Shown: piece after piece, positions 8,964 to 17,866 of the stretch
Numbering within the stretch: position 1 is the stretch's first letter
Layout: every line of letters begins with the position of its first letter
Source of the DNA: Smithellaceae bacterium
GTDB taxonomy: Bacteria; Desulfobacterota; Syntrophia; Syntrophales; Smithellaceae
DNA: 64,000 bases
Direction of reading: 5' to 3'
Assembly: GCA_028693285.1 (NCBI GenBank)
Contig: JAQUVQ010000001.1
Coordinates: forward strand, 11,664-75,663
Made by a program: the position numbers and the translations under genes
Notes under the pieces: generated by a model
Database searches by the model: none
Seen by the model: the letters and a program-made list of their open reading frames with translations, nothing else
What the model was told of the DNA's origin: nothing

Positions 8964-10877
8964 ATGCAGCATTTCGTTTTGGGAACAGCCGGCCACGTAG
9001 ACCACGGAAAGACATCGCTCATCAAGGCCCTGACGGGCGTTGACACCGACCGCCTGAAGGAAGAAAAGGAACGGGGCATCACCATCGAACTGGGATTTGC
9101 CTCTCTTTCGCTTCCCTCCGGCCACACGCTGGGCATCGTCGACGTGCCGGGCCATGAAAAGTTCATCCGGAACATGGTGGCCGGCGCGGCGGGCATCGAC
9201 CTGGTTTTGATGGTCATCGCCGCGGATGAAGGCGTCATGCCGCAAACGAAGGAGCACCTGCAAATCTGCTCTCTTCTTGGCATTACGACGGGGATGGTCG
9301 CGCTCACCAAAATCGACCTGGTGGAACAAGACTGGCTGGAACTGGTACGATCGGAAATCAGCGAATATCTTCAGGGCACGTTTCTCGCCGGCGCCCCCAT
9401 TGTGCCGGTTTCAGCGTCTCAGGGGCAGGGCATCCCGGCGCTGCTTGAAGAAATCGACAAAACCGTCCGCCGGCTCGGGGAAAAAGCCGACGACGGCATA
9501 TTCCGTCTGCCGGTTGACCGGATCTTTACGATGAAGGGCTTCGGCACGGTCGTCACCGGCACCCTGATTTCCGATAAAATCAAAATCGGTGAAGAAGTGC
9601 AGATTCTGCCGGAAAAGATATCCGCGCGCGTCCGCGGCATACAGGTGCACAACCAATCCACGGAAGAAGCCTTCTCCGGCCAGCGCACCGCGCTGAATCT
9701 CCAGGGCATTGAAAGATCGACGATCGAACGCGGCAATGTTCTGGTGCGGCCCGAGACCGTCTGGCCCACCCAGCGGCTGGATGTGTTTTTTGAATACCTG
9801 GCCTCCAATGCCCGAAAGCTGAAAAACCGTTCCCTGGCTCGTCTGCACACCGGCACGGCGGAAATCATGGTGCGGTTCGTTCTGCTGGATGCCGACGAAC
9901 TTTCCCCCGGCGACGCCGCCTTCGCCCAACTGATTCTGGAGAACGAGGACGTGGTGGTAGGGGGAGACCATTTCGTGCTGCGCAGCTACTCCCCCGTCAC
10001 CACCATCGGCGGCGGACGGATCCTCGACCCGCATCCCGGCAAGCACAAACGGAAAAATCAGAAAATTCTGGACGATCTGAGGCTGCTGCAAAGCGGCGCA
10101 TTGCCGGAGAAAATTCTCGTGATGCTGGATCGCGCGGGCTTTCACGGCATCCCCATCCGCTCTCTCGCGTTTCGCCTGGGCGCGTCCGTCAAAAAAATCC
10201 GGGAAGCGCTGGAAAAATTATTTTCCGACCGCCGTGCCGTCCTGCTCTCCAACGAAGACGCCACGGCGCTTTCCGCGGGCCTGTACGCGCACCTGGAAGA
10301 GCTCCTGATCAAAAGTCTCGCGAATTATCACCGGAGCCATCCCTTGAAGGAAGGCATTTCCAAGGAGGAGCTCAAGGCGGCGCTTCCGGAGGCGGTATCC
10401 GGAAAGCTTTTCAACATGGTGCTTGCCGGACTTGCCAGGAAGGAACGGATCGCCAGCGACAAGGACAATGTGCGGCTGGCGTCCCATCACGTGCAGCTGG
10501 AGGGGGAGGAAGACGCTCTGCGCCAGGCCATCGCATCCGTTTACGCGCAGGCGGGACTGGCGCCGCCTTCCCTTTCCGACGTGATGGTTCGATTCAGGGA
10601 TCAGAAGGCCAGGGCGCAAAACATCGTCCGGCTGATGATCAAAGACGGCGATCTGGTGAAAATCAATGAAGAGCTCTGCTTCGCGCGCGCGGCCATGGAC
10701 AAATTGCGTGAAGACTACAAGGGGCAGCTGATCCGGGACGGTCAGGCCACGCCGGCAACGTTCAAGGATTTAACCGGACTGTCCCGCAAATACATTATCC
10801 CGCTCATGGAGTATTTTGACGCCAGCAAACTGACGGTGCGAGTGGAAGACCACCGAATCCTGCGGGAAAAACCCTGA
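8964..10877 (+). CDS. selB: selenocysteine-specific translation elongation factor SelB
   Basis: [16 protein letters not shown] and TKID GTPase motifs, followed by a ~300 aa winged-helix-type C-terminal extension. Start taken at ATG 8964 ([17 protein letters not shown]) rather than the track start 8919. Confidence 0.88.
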   Translation: MQHFVLGTAGHVDHGKTSLIKALTGVDTDRLKEEKERGITIELGFASLSLPSGHTLGIVDVPGHEKFIRNMVAGAAGIDLVLMVIAADEGVMPQTKEHLQICSLLGITTGMVALTKIDLVEQDWLELVRSEISEYLQGTFLAGAPIVPVSASQGQGIPALLEEIDKTVRRLGEKADDGIFRLPVDRIFTMKGFGTVVTGTLISDKIKIGEEVQILPEKISARVRGIQVHNQSTEEAFSGQRTALNLQGIERSTIERGNVLVRPETVWPTQRLDVFFEYLASNARKLKNRSLARLHTGTAEIMVRFVLLDADELSPGDAAFAQLILENEDVVVGGDHFVLRSYSPVTTIGGGRILDPHPGKHKRKNQKILDDLRLLQSGALPEKILVMLDRAGFHGIPIRSLAFRLGASVKKIREALEKLFSDRRAVLLSNEDATALSAGLYAHLEELLIKSLANYHRSHPLKEGISKEELKAALPEAVSGKLFNMVLAGLARKERIASDKDNVRLASHHVQLEGEEDALRQAIASVYAQAGLAPPSLSDVMVRFRDQKARAQNIVRLMIKDGDLVKINEELCFARAAMDKLREDYKGQLIRDGQATPATFKDLTGLSRKYIIPLMEYFDASKLTVRVEDHRILREKP

Positions 10878-10898
10878 GACCCATTTTTCAGAAAGGCG

Positions 10899-11861
10899 GT
10901 GCATTTGAAAACCAAAGACCTCTATCTTCAGGACATCCGGCCCGGCGATAAAATTGCTTCTTCGTTTCTGGTCACGGAAAAAAATATGGCCTTTTCCCAG
11001 AAAGGGTCGGCCTACCTGAATGTCCGGCTCAAGGATAAAACGGGCGAAATCGACGCCAAGGTGTGGGACAACGCCGTGGCGCTCGACCGCGTTTTCAAAA
11101 AAGGAGACATCATTTCCATCGAAGGCCGGGCGCAAAGTTACCGCAATGCCGTCCAGATTTCCATCCTCACGGCCAAAACCTGCGGCCGGGAGGACGTCGA
11201 TCCATCGGACTACCTGCCGGCCAGCAAGCTGGATACCGCGGCAATGTTCGAAGACCTGCGCGCTTACGTCGGCACGATGTCCTCCGAGCCGCTGAAAAAA
11301 CTGCTGGACGCCTTTTTGAACGACGAAAAAACGGCCGACCTGTTCCGCCGGGCGCCCGCCGCCAAAGGATTTCATCACATTTACCTGGGCGGCCTGCTGG
11401 AGCACACGCTTTCCGTGGTCCGCCTGCTCGACCGCGCCGCCGAACATTATCCTCAATTAAACCGGGATTTGCTGATCGCGGGCGGCATCCTGCACGACAT
11501 CGGCAAAATTTATGAATTCTCCTATGATGGAATCATTGAATACAGCGACGAAGGCCGGATGATCGGTCACCTGGTCATGGGCGTGGAGATGATCAATCAA
11601 AAAATGGCGGCAATCGATGACTTTCCCGCGAGGCTCGCGCTGGAACTGCGCCACATCATCCTGAGCCATCACGGCGAATTTGAATTCGGCTCGCCCAAAC
11701 GCCCGAAAACCCGGGAAGCGCTGGTCATTCACTTTATGGATGACCTCGACGCCAAACTGAACGGGTTCGAGAGTTTCATCGAAGGCGACGCCGCCAACCC
11801 GGGTTCCGAATGGACAGCCTACAACCGTTTCTTTGAGCGCTATCTGTATAAGGGAAAGTAG
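10899..11861 (+). CDS. OB-fold plus HD-domain 3'-5' exoribonuclease, YhaM-like
   Basis: 320 aa, GTG start. N-terminal OB fold (LNVRLKDKTGEIDAKVWDNA), then HD motifs (GGLLEHTL, GILHDIGK, LSHHGEFEFGSP). Confidence 0.75.
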   Translation: MHLKTKDLYLQDIRPGDKIASSFLVTEKNMAFSQKGSAYLNVRLKDKTGEIDAKVWDNAVALDRVFKKGDIISIEGRAQSYRNAVQISILTAKTCGREDVDPSDYLPASKLDTAAMFEDLRAYVGTMSSEPLKKLLDAFLNDEKTADLFRRAPAAKGFHHIYLGGLLEHTLSVVRLLDRAAEHYPQLNRDLLIAGGILHDIGKIYEFSYDGIIEYSDEGRMIGHLVMGVEMINQKMAAIDDFPARLALELRHIILSHHGEFEFGSPKRPKTREALVIHFMDDLDAKLNGFESFIEGDAANPGSEWTAYNRFFERYLYKGK

Positions 11862-12085
11862 GGGGCATCTCTGCCCGCCTGAAGAAACGCAAAGAGGGCT
11901 TCCCCTCGCGCGGGAAAAGCCCTCCGCGGCAAACGCCGTCCGAAAAGCCCTGATTTATTTTCCGTCCGCTGTTTTTCTACTTTTTCAGCGCGCTACTCCT
12001 CTCTGCAATTTTTTTATTTATTTCTCCATAGGATACGGGAATTGGATTGTCAATGATTTAACGAATATCCCGCCCCAGATCCCGG

Positions 12086-13081
12086 TCAGAGGCTCCTTGC
12101 GCATCGTGCGATCCCGCGCCTTCTGTCTTCAGGGAGCAGGCAGCCGGCAACGCAGATTTCCGTGCAATTCCCGTCGCATGGCTCGACATGGACCGTAACC
12201 GTCGCGGCGGGATATTGCGTCAAAATGGCATGCTTCACATCACGGGCGATGCCGTGGGAAGCCTCCACCGTCATTTGAGGATCGACCTTGATGTGAAATT
12301 CAATAAAGCGAAAGTTTCCGGCTTTGCGCGTCTTTAACTGATGATAACCATGGATATCAGGTTTGTGGCTGACAATCACAGAGCGGATCCACCTCTCTTC
12401 GTCCGGTGACAATTTCACATCCATCAGATCGCCGATCGCTTTGGCGCTCAAATCATAAGCCGCCTTCAAAATAAACACGGCGACAAAGATTGCCGCGACC
12501 GGATCAAGCCAGTGGATGCGCGGATCGGCAAAAAAGAAATGGCTGACCCAGATGACGGCCAGGCTGAGCATGACGCCCACGGAGGTATAGACATCGGTTC
12601 GCAAATGCCAGGCATCCGCCGTGAGAGCGATGGAATCCGCTTCTTTGCCGACGGCGAAAAGCCGCCGGGAAACAAAATAATTGAGGACGGCGGACAACAA
12701 CATCACGGCAACGCCCCAGCCGGGCGATTCCACTTGCTGCGCGGACGTCAGTTTTCGGACCGATTCAAAAACAATCCAGAATGCCGCAATGAAAATCAGG
12801 GCGGCTTCGATCAAGCCGGAAAGGCTTTCGACTTTGCCGTGGCCGAAGGGATGGACGTCGTCGGCCGGAAGATGCGATGTCTTGACGGAAAACATGGCGA
12901 TGACGGCCGCTAGGAGATCCATCCCGGAATGAATCGCCTCGGATAGAATGGACACGGAGCCGATCAGCGCGCCGACAAAAACTTTGAAAATCACCAGGAC
13001 GGCATTGGAAGCGACCGACAACATCGCCACGCGTTCTTTGCGCTGCTGGATGGACGCCAATGATAAATCCCCCTGTTTCAT
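12086..13081 (-). CDS. cation diffusion facilitator (CDF) family metal efflux transporter
   Basis: CDF signatures: SVASNAVLVIFKVFVGALIGSVSILSEAIHSGMDLLA, a second HxxxD-type site (AWHLRTDVYTSVG), and a C-terminal cytoplasmic domain. The start is uncertain (Met58 at 13081 or Met45 at 13120). The longer track ORF up to 13252 would overlap the divergent epmB start (13206). Confidence 0.8.
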   Translation of the reverse strand: MKQGDLSLASIQQRKERVAMLSVASNAVLVIFKVFVGALIGSVSILSEAIHSGMDLLAAVIAMFSVKTSHLPADDVHPFGHGKVESLSGLIEAALIFIAAFWIVFESVRKLTSAQQVESPGWGVAVMLLSAVLNYFVSRRLFAVGKEADSIALTADAWHLRTDVYTSVGVMLSLAVIWVSHFFFADPRIHWLDPVAAIFVAVFILKAAYDLSAKAIGDLMDVKLSPDEERWIRSVIVSHKPDIHGYHQLKTRKAGNFRFIEFHIKVDPQMTVEASHGIARDVKHAILTQYPAATVTVHVEPCDGNCTEICVAGCLLPEDRRRGIARCARSL

Positions 13082-13205
13082 TTTTTTTGAGCATATCACG
13101 ACGGCCGGGGAATTTACCATTTTTTTTGATCCGGACAATGCGGGGAATCGCTTTGCATCGGGGGAAAATTGTGATACGCAACCGCCGTAAAGAGTATTAA
13201 AAATC

Positions 13206-14303
13206 ATGCGAAAAAATTTTGTTTGCCGGTTTCCCGATGGAACTTCCCGCAACTGGCGGGATTGGCGCTGGCAGTTGCGCCATCGCGCAACCTCCCTGTC
13301 GGCGTTGGCCAGGTTTCTGGAAAGACCGTCCGGCGGCGGAGAAAAGCTGCGCAGCGCGCTGTCGCGCTATCCCATGGCCATTACGCCTTACTACCTGTCC
13401 CTGATCCAGCCGGATAATGATCAAGACCCTCTGGCCCTCCAGTGCGTTCCGGATGCCAGGGAAGCGGCTTTCTCCGCAGGCCTTGCGGATGACCCCCTGC
13501 GCGAAGACCGCTCCATGCCTGTTCCGAACCTGATTCAACGCTATCCCGACCGCGTTCTGGCCATCGTCACGCACCGCTGCGCCACCTACTGCCGGCATTG
13601 CAGCCGCAAGCGCTTCTGGAAAACTTCCGAAGACTCTTCTTTAAAAAGCCGCTTGACCGCCATGGTCCGCCACGTATCGAAAACACCGCAGATTCGTGAG
13701 GTCATCCTCTCCGGCGGCGACCCGCTGATGTTTGACGATGCCTCTCTGGAATTGATCCTGTCAGCGTTTGCGTCCATACCGCACGTCGAGGTGCTGCGCA
13801 TCGGCAGCCGCGCCCCCGTGGTCCTGCCGATGAGAATCACGGGAAATCTCTGCCGGATCCTGAAACGGCACCGGCCGTTATGGTTCAATACCCAGTTCAA
13901 CCACCCCTCGGAAATCACCCCGGACGCCGCGCGGGCCTGCAACCGGATTCAGGAAGCGGGAATTCCGGTTTCCAATCAGTCGGTTCTGCTCAAAGGCGTC
14001 AACGACTCGCCGGAGGTCATGAAAAGCCTGCTGAACGGTTTGCAGAAGATATCGGTTCGTCCTTATTATCTTTTTCACTGCGAACCCGCGCGGGGCTGCA
14101 ATCATTTCCGCACGGACGTCCGGACGGGGCTGAAGCTCATGGACAAGCTTCGTCAAAGCTGTTCGGGTCTGGCGCTGCCGCAATACGTGGCCGATCTGCC
14201 CGGGCGGGAGGGAAAAGCCCCCCTCTGGCCGCTGTCGCGGCCGATCCGCAATGCTTTGCGAAAACATCAAGATTTTTTTGACAATTTTGAAGAATTGGAT
14301 TAG
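13206..14303 (+). CDS. epmB: radical-SAM lysine 2,3-aminomutase family protein, EF-P beta-lysylation enzyme EpmB-like
   Basis: 365 aa. KamA-family core with the CATYCRHCSRKRF CxxxCxxC cluster and SGGDPL. Sits immediately upstream of efp and epmA. Confidence 0.8.
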   Translation: MRKNFVCRFPDGTSRNWRDWRWQLRHRATSLSALARFLERPSGGGEKLRSALSRYPMAITPYYLSLIQPDNDQDPLALQCVPDAREAAFSAGLADDPLREDRSMPVPNLIQRYPDRVLAIVTHRCATYCRHCSRKRFWKTSEDSSLKSRLTAMVRHVSKTPQIREVILSGGDPLMFDDASLELILSAFASIPHVEVLRIGSRAPVVLPMRITGNLCRILKRHRPLWFNTQFNHPSEITPDAARACNRIQEAGIPVSNQSVLLKGVNDSPEVMKSLLNGLQKISVRPYYLFHCEPARGCNHFRTDVRTGLKLMDKLRQSCSGLALPQYVADLPGREGKAPLWPLSRPIRNALRKHQDFFDNFEELD

Positions 14304-14357
14304 GAAGAGCCCCAATGCCGTTCATTCATGGCCGTCAACGAAGGAGAAAGAATTTTT

Positions 14358-14921
14358 ATGTACACCGCCAGTGATTTGAGAAAAGGCCTGCGCCTGAAAA
14401 TCGACAACGATCCCTATGTGATCACCGAGTTCAACTTTGTCAAACCCGGAAAGGGACAGGCGCTTTACCGCTGCAAATTAAAAAACATGCTCACCGGAAG
14501 CCAGTTTGAACGGACCTTCCGCTCCGTCGATGTTTTCGAGCCCGCCGACCTGCGCGAAAAGAAAATGCAGTACCTGTACAAGGAGGGGGACAAATTCTGC
14601 TTCATGGACAACGAGACCTTCGAGCAGGTCTATCTGACCGAGGGGCAGGTCGGAGACGCCGTAAACTTTCTGCTCGACAATATTGAAGCTGAAATCCTGC
14701 TCTTTGAGGACCGCCCCATCGGCATCAGCCTGCCCAACTTCGTAGAGCTGGTCGTCACCGAGGCCGAACCGTGGGCCAAGGGCGACACGGTGTCCGGCGC
14801 GACCAAACCCGTCAAGGTGCAGACCGGCTATACCATTCTGGTCCCGACCTTTATCAGCGAAGGCGAAAAAATACGCATCGACACGCGCACGGGAGAATAT
14901 CTGACGCGGGTCAAAGGCTAG
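14358..14921 (+). CDS. efp: translation elongation factor P
   Basis: MYTASDLRKGLRLKIDNDPYVITEFNFVKPGKGQA... Start at ATG 14358, preceded by a GGAGAA SD. The conserved loop lysine (K32 in KPGKGQA) is present. Confidence 0.93.
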   Translation: MYTASDLRKGLRLKIDNDPYVITEFNFVKPGKGQALYRCKLKNMLTGSQFERTFRSVDVFEPADLREKKMQYLYKEGDKFCFMDNETFEQVYLTEGQVGDAVNFLLDNIEAEILLFEDRPIGISLPNFVELVVTEAEPWAKGDTVSGATKPVKVQTGYTILVPTFISEGEKIRIDTRTGEYLTRVKG

Positions 14922-14926
14922 CCGTT

Positions 14927-15865
14927 TTGAGTACGCTCCGGCAGGAAGATTCTTTTCGCCTGGCGCGCAAGTCGCAGGCCCTGCGGCTCAGAGCCGAATT
15001 CACCCAATGCCTTCGCCGGCGCTTCCTGGAGCAGGGCTTTTTGGAAGTGGAAACCCCCCTGCGCATCCCCTCGCCCGCTCCCGAAGAACATATCGAAGCC
15101 CTTGCGTCGGACGGCTGGTTTTTGCAGACGTCTCCCGAACTCTGCATGAAAAGGATTCTGGCCGCCGGCTATCCCCGAATATTCCAGTTTTGCAAATGCT
15201 TTCGCGCGGGCGAAAGAGGCGGCAGGCACCTGCCGGAATTTTCGATGCTGGAGTGGTATGCCCTGCATACCGACTATCAAATGCTCATGCGCCAGTGCGA
15301 AGCGCTTCTCCAATCCGCCCTCGCGGATACGGGTCATTCCGAAAAGATCATCTGGCGGAATCAAATCATCCGTCTGCCGCTTCCCTGGGAGAGAATCACC
15401 GTGAAGGACGCTTTTTCCCGATACGCGCCCGTCAGCCTGCAAAACGCTCTGGCCGGCGGCCGGTTTGACGAAGTCCTGACCGAACACGTCGAACCCAACC
15501 TCGGCTGTGACCATCCGGTGTTTCTTTGCGATTATCCGGCCTCCATGGCGGCGCTTGCTAAACTGAAAGAGGGTGATCCGGCCGTCGCGGAGCGCTTTGA
15601 GCTCTACATGGGCGGCATGGAAATCGCCAACGGCTTTTCGGAGCTCACCGACGCACAGGAACAGAGACGGCGCTTTGAGGAAGCCCTGGAGGCTCGGGCG
15701 GCAAAGGATCTGGCCCGTTATGCCATGCCGGAGCCTTTCCTGGCGGCGCTCGAAGGCCTGCCCCCCTGCGCCGGCATCGCGCTGGGCATGGACCGGATAA
15801 TCATGATTCTGGCCGACGCGCCGAACATCGACGACGTCGTCGCCTTTCCGCCGGAAACCCTGTAG
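14927..15865 (+). CDS. epmA: EF-P lysine-lysyltransferase EpmA (GenX/PoxA, truncated class II LysRS paralog)
   Basis: Class II aaRS core: FLEVETPL, FLQTSPELCMKRILAAGYPRIFQFCKCFRAGERGGRHLPEFSMLEWY, GGMEIANGFSEL, CAGIALGMDR. It has no anticodon-binding domain. The only in-frame start after the efp stop is TTG at 14927, and the first ATG falls inside the conserved core. About 312 aa. Confidence 0.8.
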   Translation: MSTLRQEDSFRLARKSQALRLRAEFTQCLRRRFLEQGFLEVETPLRIPSPAPEEHIEALASDGWFLQTSPELCMKRILAAGYPRIFQFCKCFRAGERGGRHLPEFSMLEWYALHTDYQMLMRQCEALLQSALADTGHSEKIIWRNQIIRLPLPWERITVKDAFSRYAPVSLQNALAGGRFDEVLTEHVEPNLGCDHPVFLCDYPASMAALAKLKEGDPAVAERFELYMGGMEIANGFSELTDAQEQRRRFEEALEARAAKDLARYAMPEPFLAALEGLPPCAGIALGMDRIIMILADAPNIDDVVAFPPETL

Positions 15866-15882
15866 CCGAAAAAAAAGATGTA

Positions 15883-15911
15883 TTGACAAGCCTTTTTTTT
15901 TCCTTTAGGTT
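15883..15911 (+). promoter_or_regulatory. candidate sigma-70 promoter upstream of tolQ
   Basis: TTGACA (15883-15888), 17-nt spacer, TAGGTT (15906-15911), about 60 nt upstream of the tolQ ATG. Confidence 0.45.
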
Positions 15912-15971
15912 ACGGAGCAAACACAGACAGGATCGCGACACGAGAAAGTAAATAATTTTGGAGAGTTATGC

Positions 15972-16667
15972 ATGGAAAGCCATTTTCACGGTTCTCTGCT
16001 GGGAATGATTCTGGATGCGGGATTGATGGTTCAGTTTGTGCTGTTGATCCTGCTGATTTTTTCCATTATTTCCTGGACGATCATTTTCATCAAATTCCGC
16101 ACCTACCGCAGGATCCGGCAGGAAAACGAGGCCTTTGACTCCGACTACCAAAGAAGCACGAAATTGTCCGATCTCCTCCCTGCATCCAAAAAATACCCCT
16201 TCTCCACGACGGCGAAAGTGTTCCGCGTCGGCTACACGGAAATGACCAAGGCAAACCGGCTCTCCCGGGATGCGGCGCGGACCGAAGATATCAGCCTGTC
16301 CTCCCTGGACAACGTGGAACGGGCGCTCAACCGCGCCTCCAGCACGGAAATGACCAAACTGGAGTCCGCGCTGGGATTTCTGGCCACAACCGGTTCGGCC
16401 AGCCCCTTCATCGGTCTGTTCGGAACGGTCTGGGGAATCATGGAAACCTTCAAATCCATCGGCGCCAGAGGTTCGGCGACGCTGGCCGTCGTGGCCCCCG
16501 GCATCTCGGAAGCCCTGATCGCCACGGCCGCTGGCCTTGCCGCGGCCATTCCCGCCGTTATTTTTTACAATTACTTTTTGAACAAATCCAGAACGATGGT
16601 GCAGGAAATGGATAATTTCGCGGACGAATTTCTGAACATCGTCGAACGCTATCTGGTCCGCAAGTAA
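15972..16667 (+). CDS. tolQ: Tol-Pal system protein TolQ (MotA/TolQ/ExbB proton channel)
   Basis: 231 aa, three TM segments, with the conserved GLFGTVWGIM...APGISEALIATAAGL motif. First gene of the tol cluster. Confidence 0.9.
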   Translation: MESHFHGSLLGMILDAGLMVQFVLLILLIFSIISWTIIFIKFRTYRRIRQENEAFDSDYQRSTKLSDLLPASKKYPFSTTAKVFRVGYTEMTKANRLSRDAARTEDISLSSLDNVERALNRASSTEMTKLESALGFLATTGSASPFIGLFGTVWGIMETFKSIGARGSATLAVVAPGISEALIATAAGLAAAIPAVIFYNYFLNKSRTMVQEMDNFADEFLNIVERYLVRK

Positions 16668-16689
16668 GCGAAGTTCGGGTGAGACAACG

Positions 16690-17115
16690 ATGCGAAAGGC
16701 GCGCAGAAGAGAATCTGAAAAAAGATCCATGGCGGAAATCAACGTCACGCCGCTCGTGGACGTGATGCTGGTGCTGCTGATCATCTTCATGGTGGCGGCG
16801 CCGATGCTTTCCATGGGCATTGACGTCAATCTGCCGCGCGTCAAGTCAAAAAGCATCGACCTCGCCGAGGAAAAGCTGATCCTCAGCATCAACGAAAACC
16901 GGGAAATTTACCTCAACAAAACCAGGCTGCCGGTGCAGGACCTGAACGCCAAGCTGGCGGCCATTTTCGCCGCGCGCATTGACCGGGAGGTTTTTCTGCG
17001 CGCCGATAAAAACGTTCCTTACGGCTTTGTGGTGGAGGTCATGTCCGAAATACGCAAAGCGGGCGTCGATAAACTCGGCATGATCACCGAGCCTCCCCCC
17101 GAGGGCGCAAAATGA
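16690..17115 (+). CDS. tolR: Tol-Pal system protein TolR (ExbD/TolR family)
   Basis: 141 aa with EINVTPLVDVMLVLLIIFMV, the ExbD/TolR hallmark. Confidence 0.88.
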   Translation: MRKARRRESEKRSMAEINVTPLVDVMLVLLIIFMVAAPMLSMGIDVNLPRVKSKSIDLAEEKLILSINENREIYLNKTRLPVQDLNAKLAAIFAARIDREVFLRADKNVPYGFVVEVMSEIRKAGVDKLGMITEPPPEGAK

Positions 17116-17840
17116 TGTCCCCGCTGCCCCTCAAAAGGTATTTCGGAAAAAACGGCAGCCCCGGCAACATGTTTCTGGCCTCATTGTTTCTTCACCTCGT
17201 GCTCATGGCCGCCGTTTTCGCGACGGTTCCCGGTTCATCAAAGCCGCTGACGTTCGGAGCTCCTTATTCCGTTTCGCTGGTCGGGCCCGAGGTCATCGGA
17301 CCCGGCAGCCAGGAGGCACCTGATCAAAAAAGCCTTTTAAAAACAATATCATCGGATAGCTCCGTCATTCTGAAGCGCGAAATCGGCGCCTCCCCGTCAT
17401 CGTTTGTCATGAAAAAAGACGACAGCGGCAGATCCGACATCGAAAAAGCGATCCGCGCTCTTGAGCAGAAGGAAACAGCCGCCGGTAAAAACAAAAATCC
17501 GGCGGCGGCTTCAACCCCCTCCGGAACCGCCGCATCGCAGGAATATGCGTCCCAGCTAAACGCCTACAGCCGTTTTGTCTGGGCCAAAGTAAAAAGAAAC
17601 TGGTCGCTTCCCGCAACCCTGATGCCCAAAAAGAATGTCGAAGCCGTAATCGAAGTGCGAATCGCCCAAAGCGGCTCGCTGGAACACATCGGCTTCGAAA
17701 AGCGCTCCGGCAACAGCTATTTTGATGAATCGGCCCTCCGCGCGGTTCAAAAATCAACCCCCTTTCCGCCGCCCGGAGGATGGGCGTCCGGCCGTTTCGT
17801 GGAAATCGGCATCCGGTTTCATTCCGCGGAGCTGCGCTGA
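17112..17840 (+). CDS. tolA: TolA-like protein with TonB/TolA C-terminal domain
   Basis: 242 aa. N-terminal TM segment (LFLHLVLMAAVF), a low-complexity linker, and a TonB_C-like end (IEVRIAQSGSLEHIGFEKRSGNSYFDESALRAVQKSTPFPPPP-like). Its start overlaps the tolR stop. Confidence 0.65.
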   Translation: MMSPLPLKRYFGKNGSPGNMFLASLFLHLVLMAAVFATVPGSSKPLTFGAPYSVSLVGPEVIGPGSQEAPDQKSLLKTISSDSSVILKREIGASPSSFVMKKDDSGRSDIEKAIRALEQKETAAGKNKNPAAASTPSGTAASQEYASQLNAYSRFVWAKVKRNWSLPATLMPKKNVEAVIEVRIAQSGSLEHIGFEKRSGNSYFDESALRAVQKSTPFPPPGGWASGRFVEIGIRFHSAELR

Positions 17841-17866
17841 CGCACCCGCAATCAAGGACCGCAACC

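Noticed and set aside
14771-14926. The 5' extension of the epmA ORF, which overlaps the last 150 nt of efp.
   Set aside because: The extension translates to non-conserved Arg/His-rich sequence inside the efp coding region. EpmA homology begins only after the efp stop, so I used the TTG at 14927.
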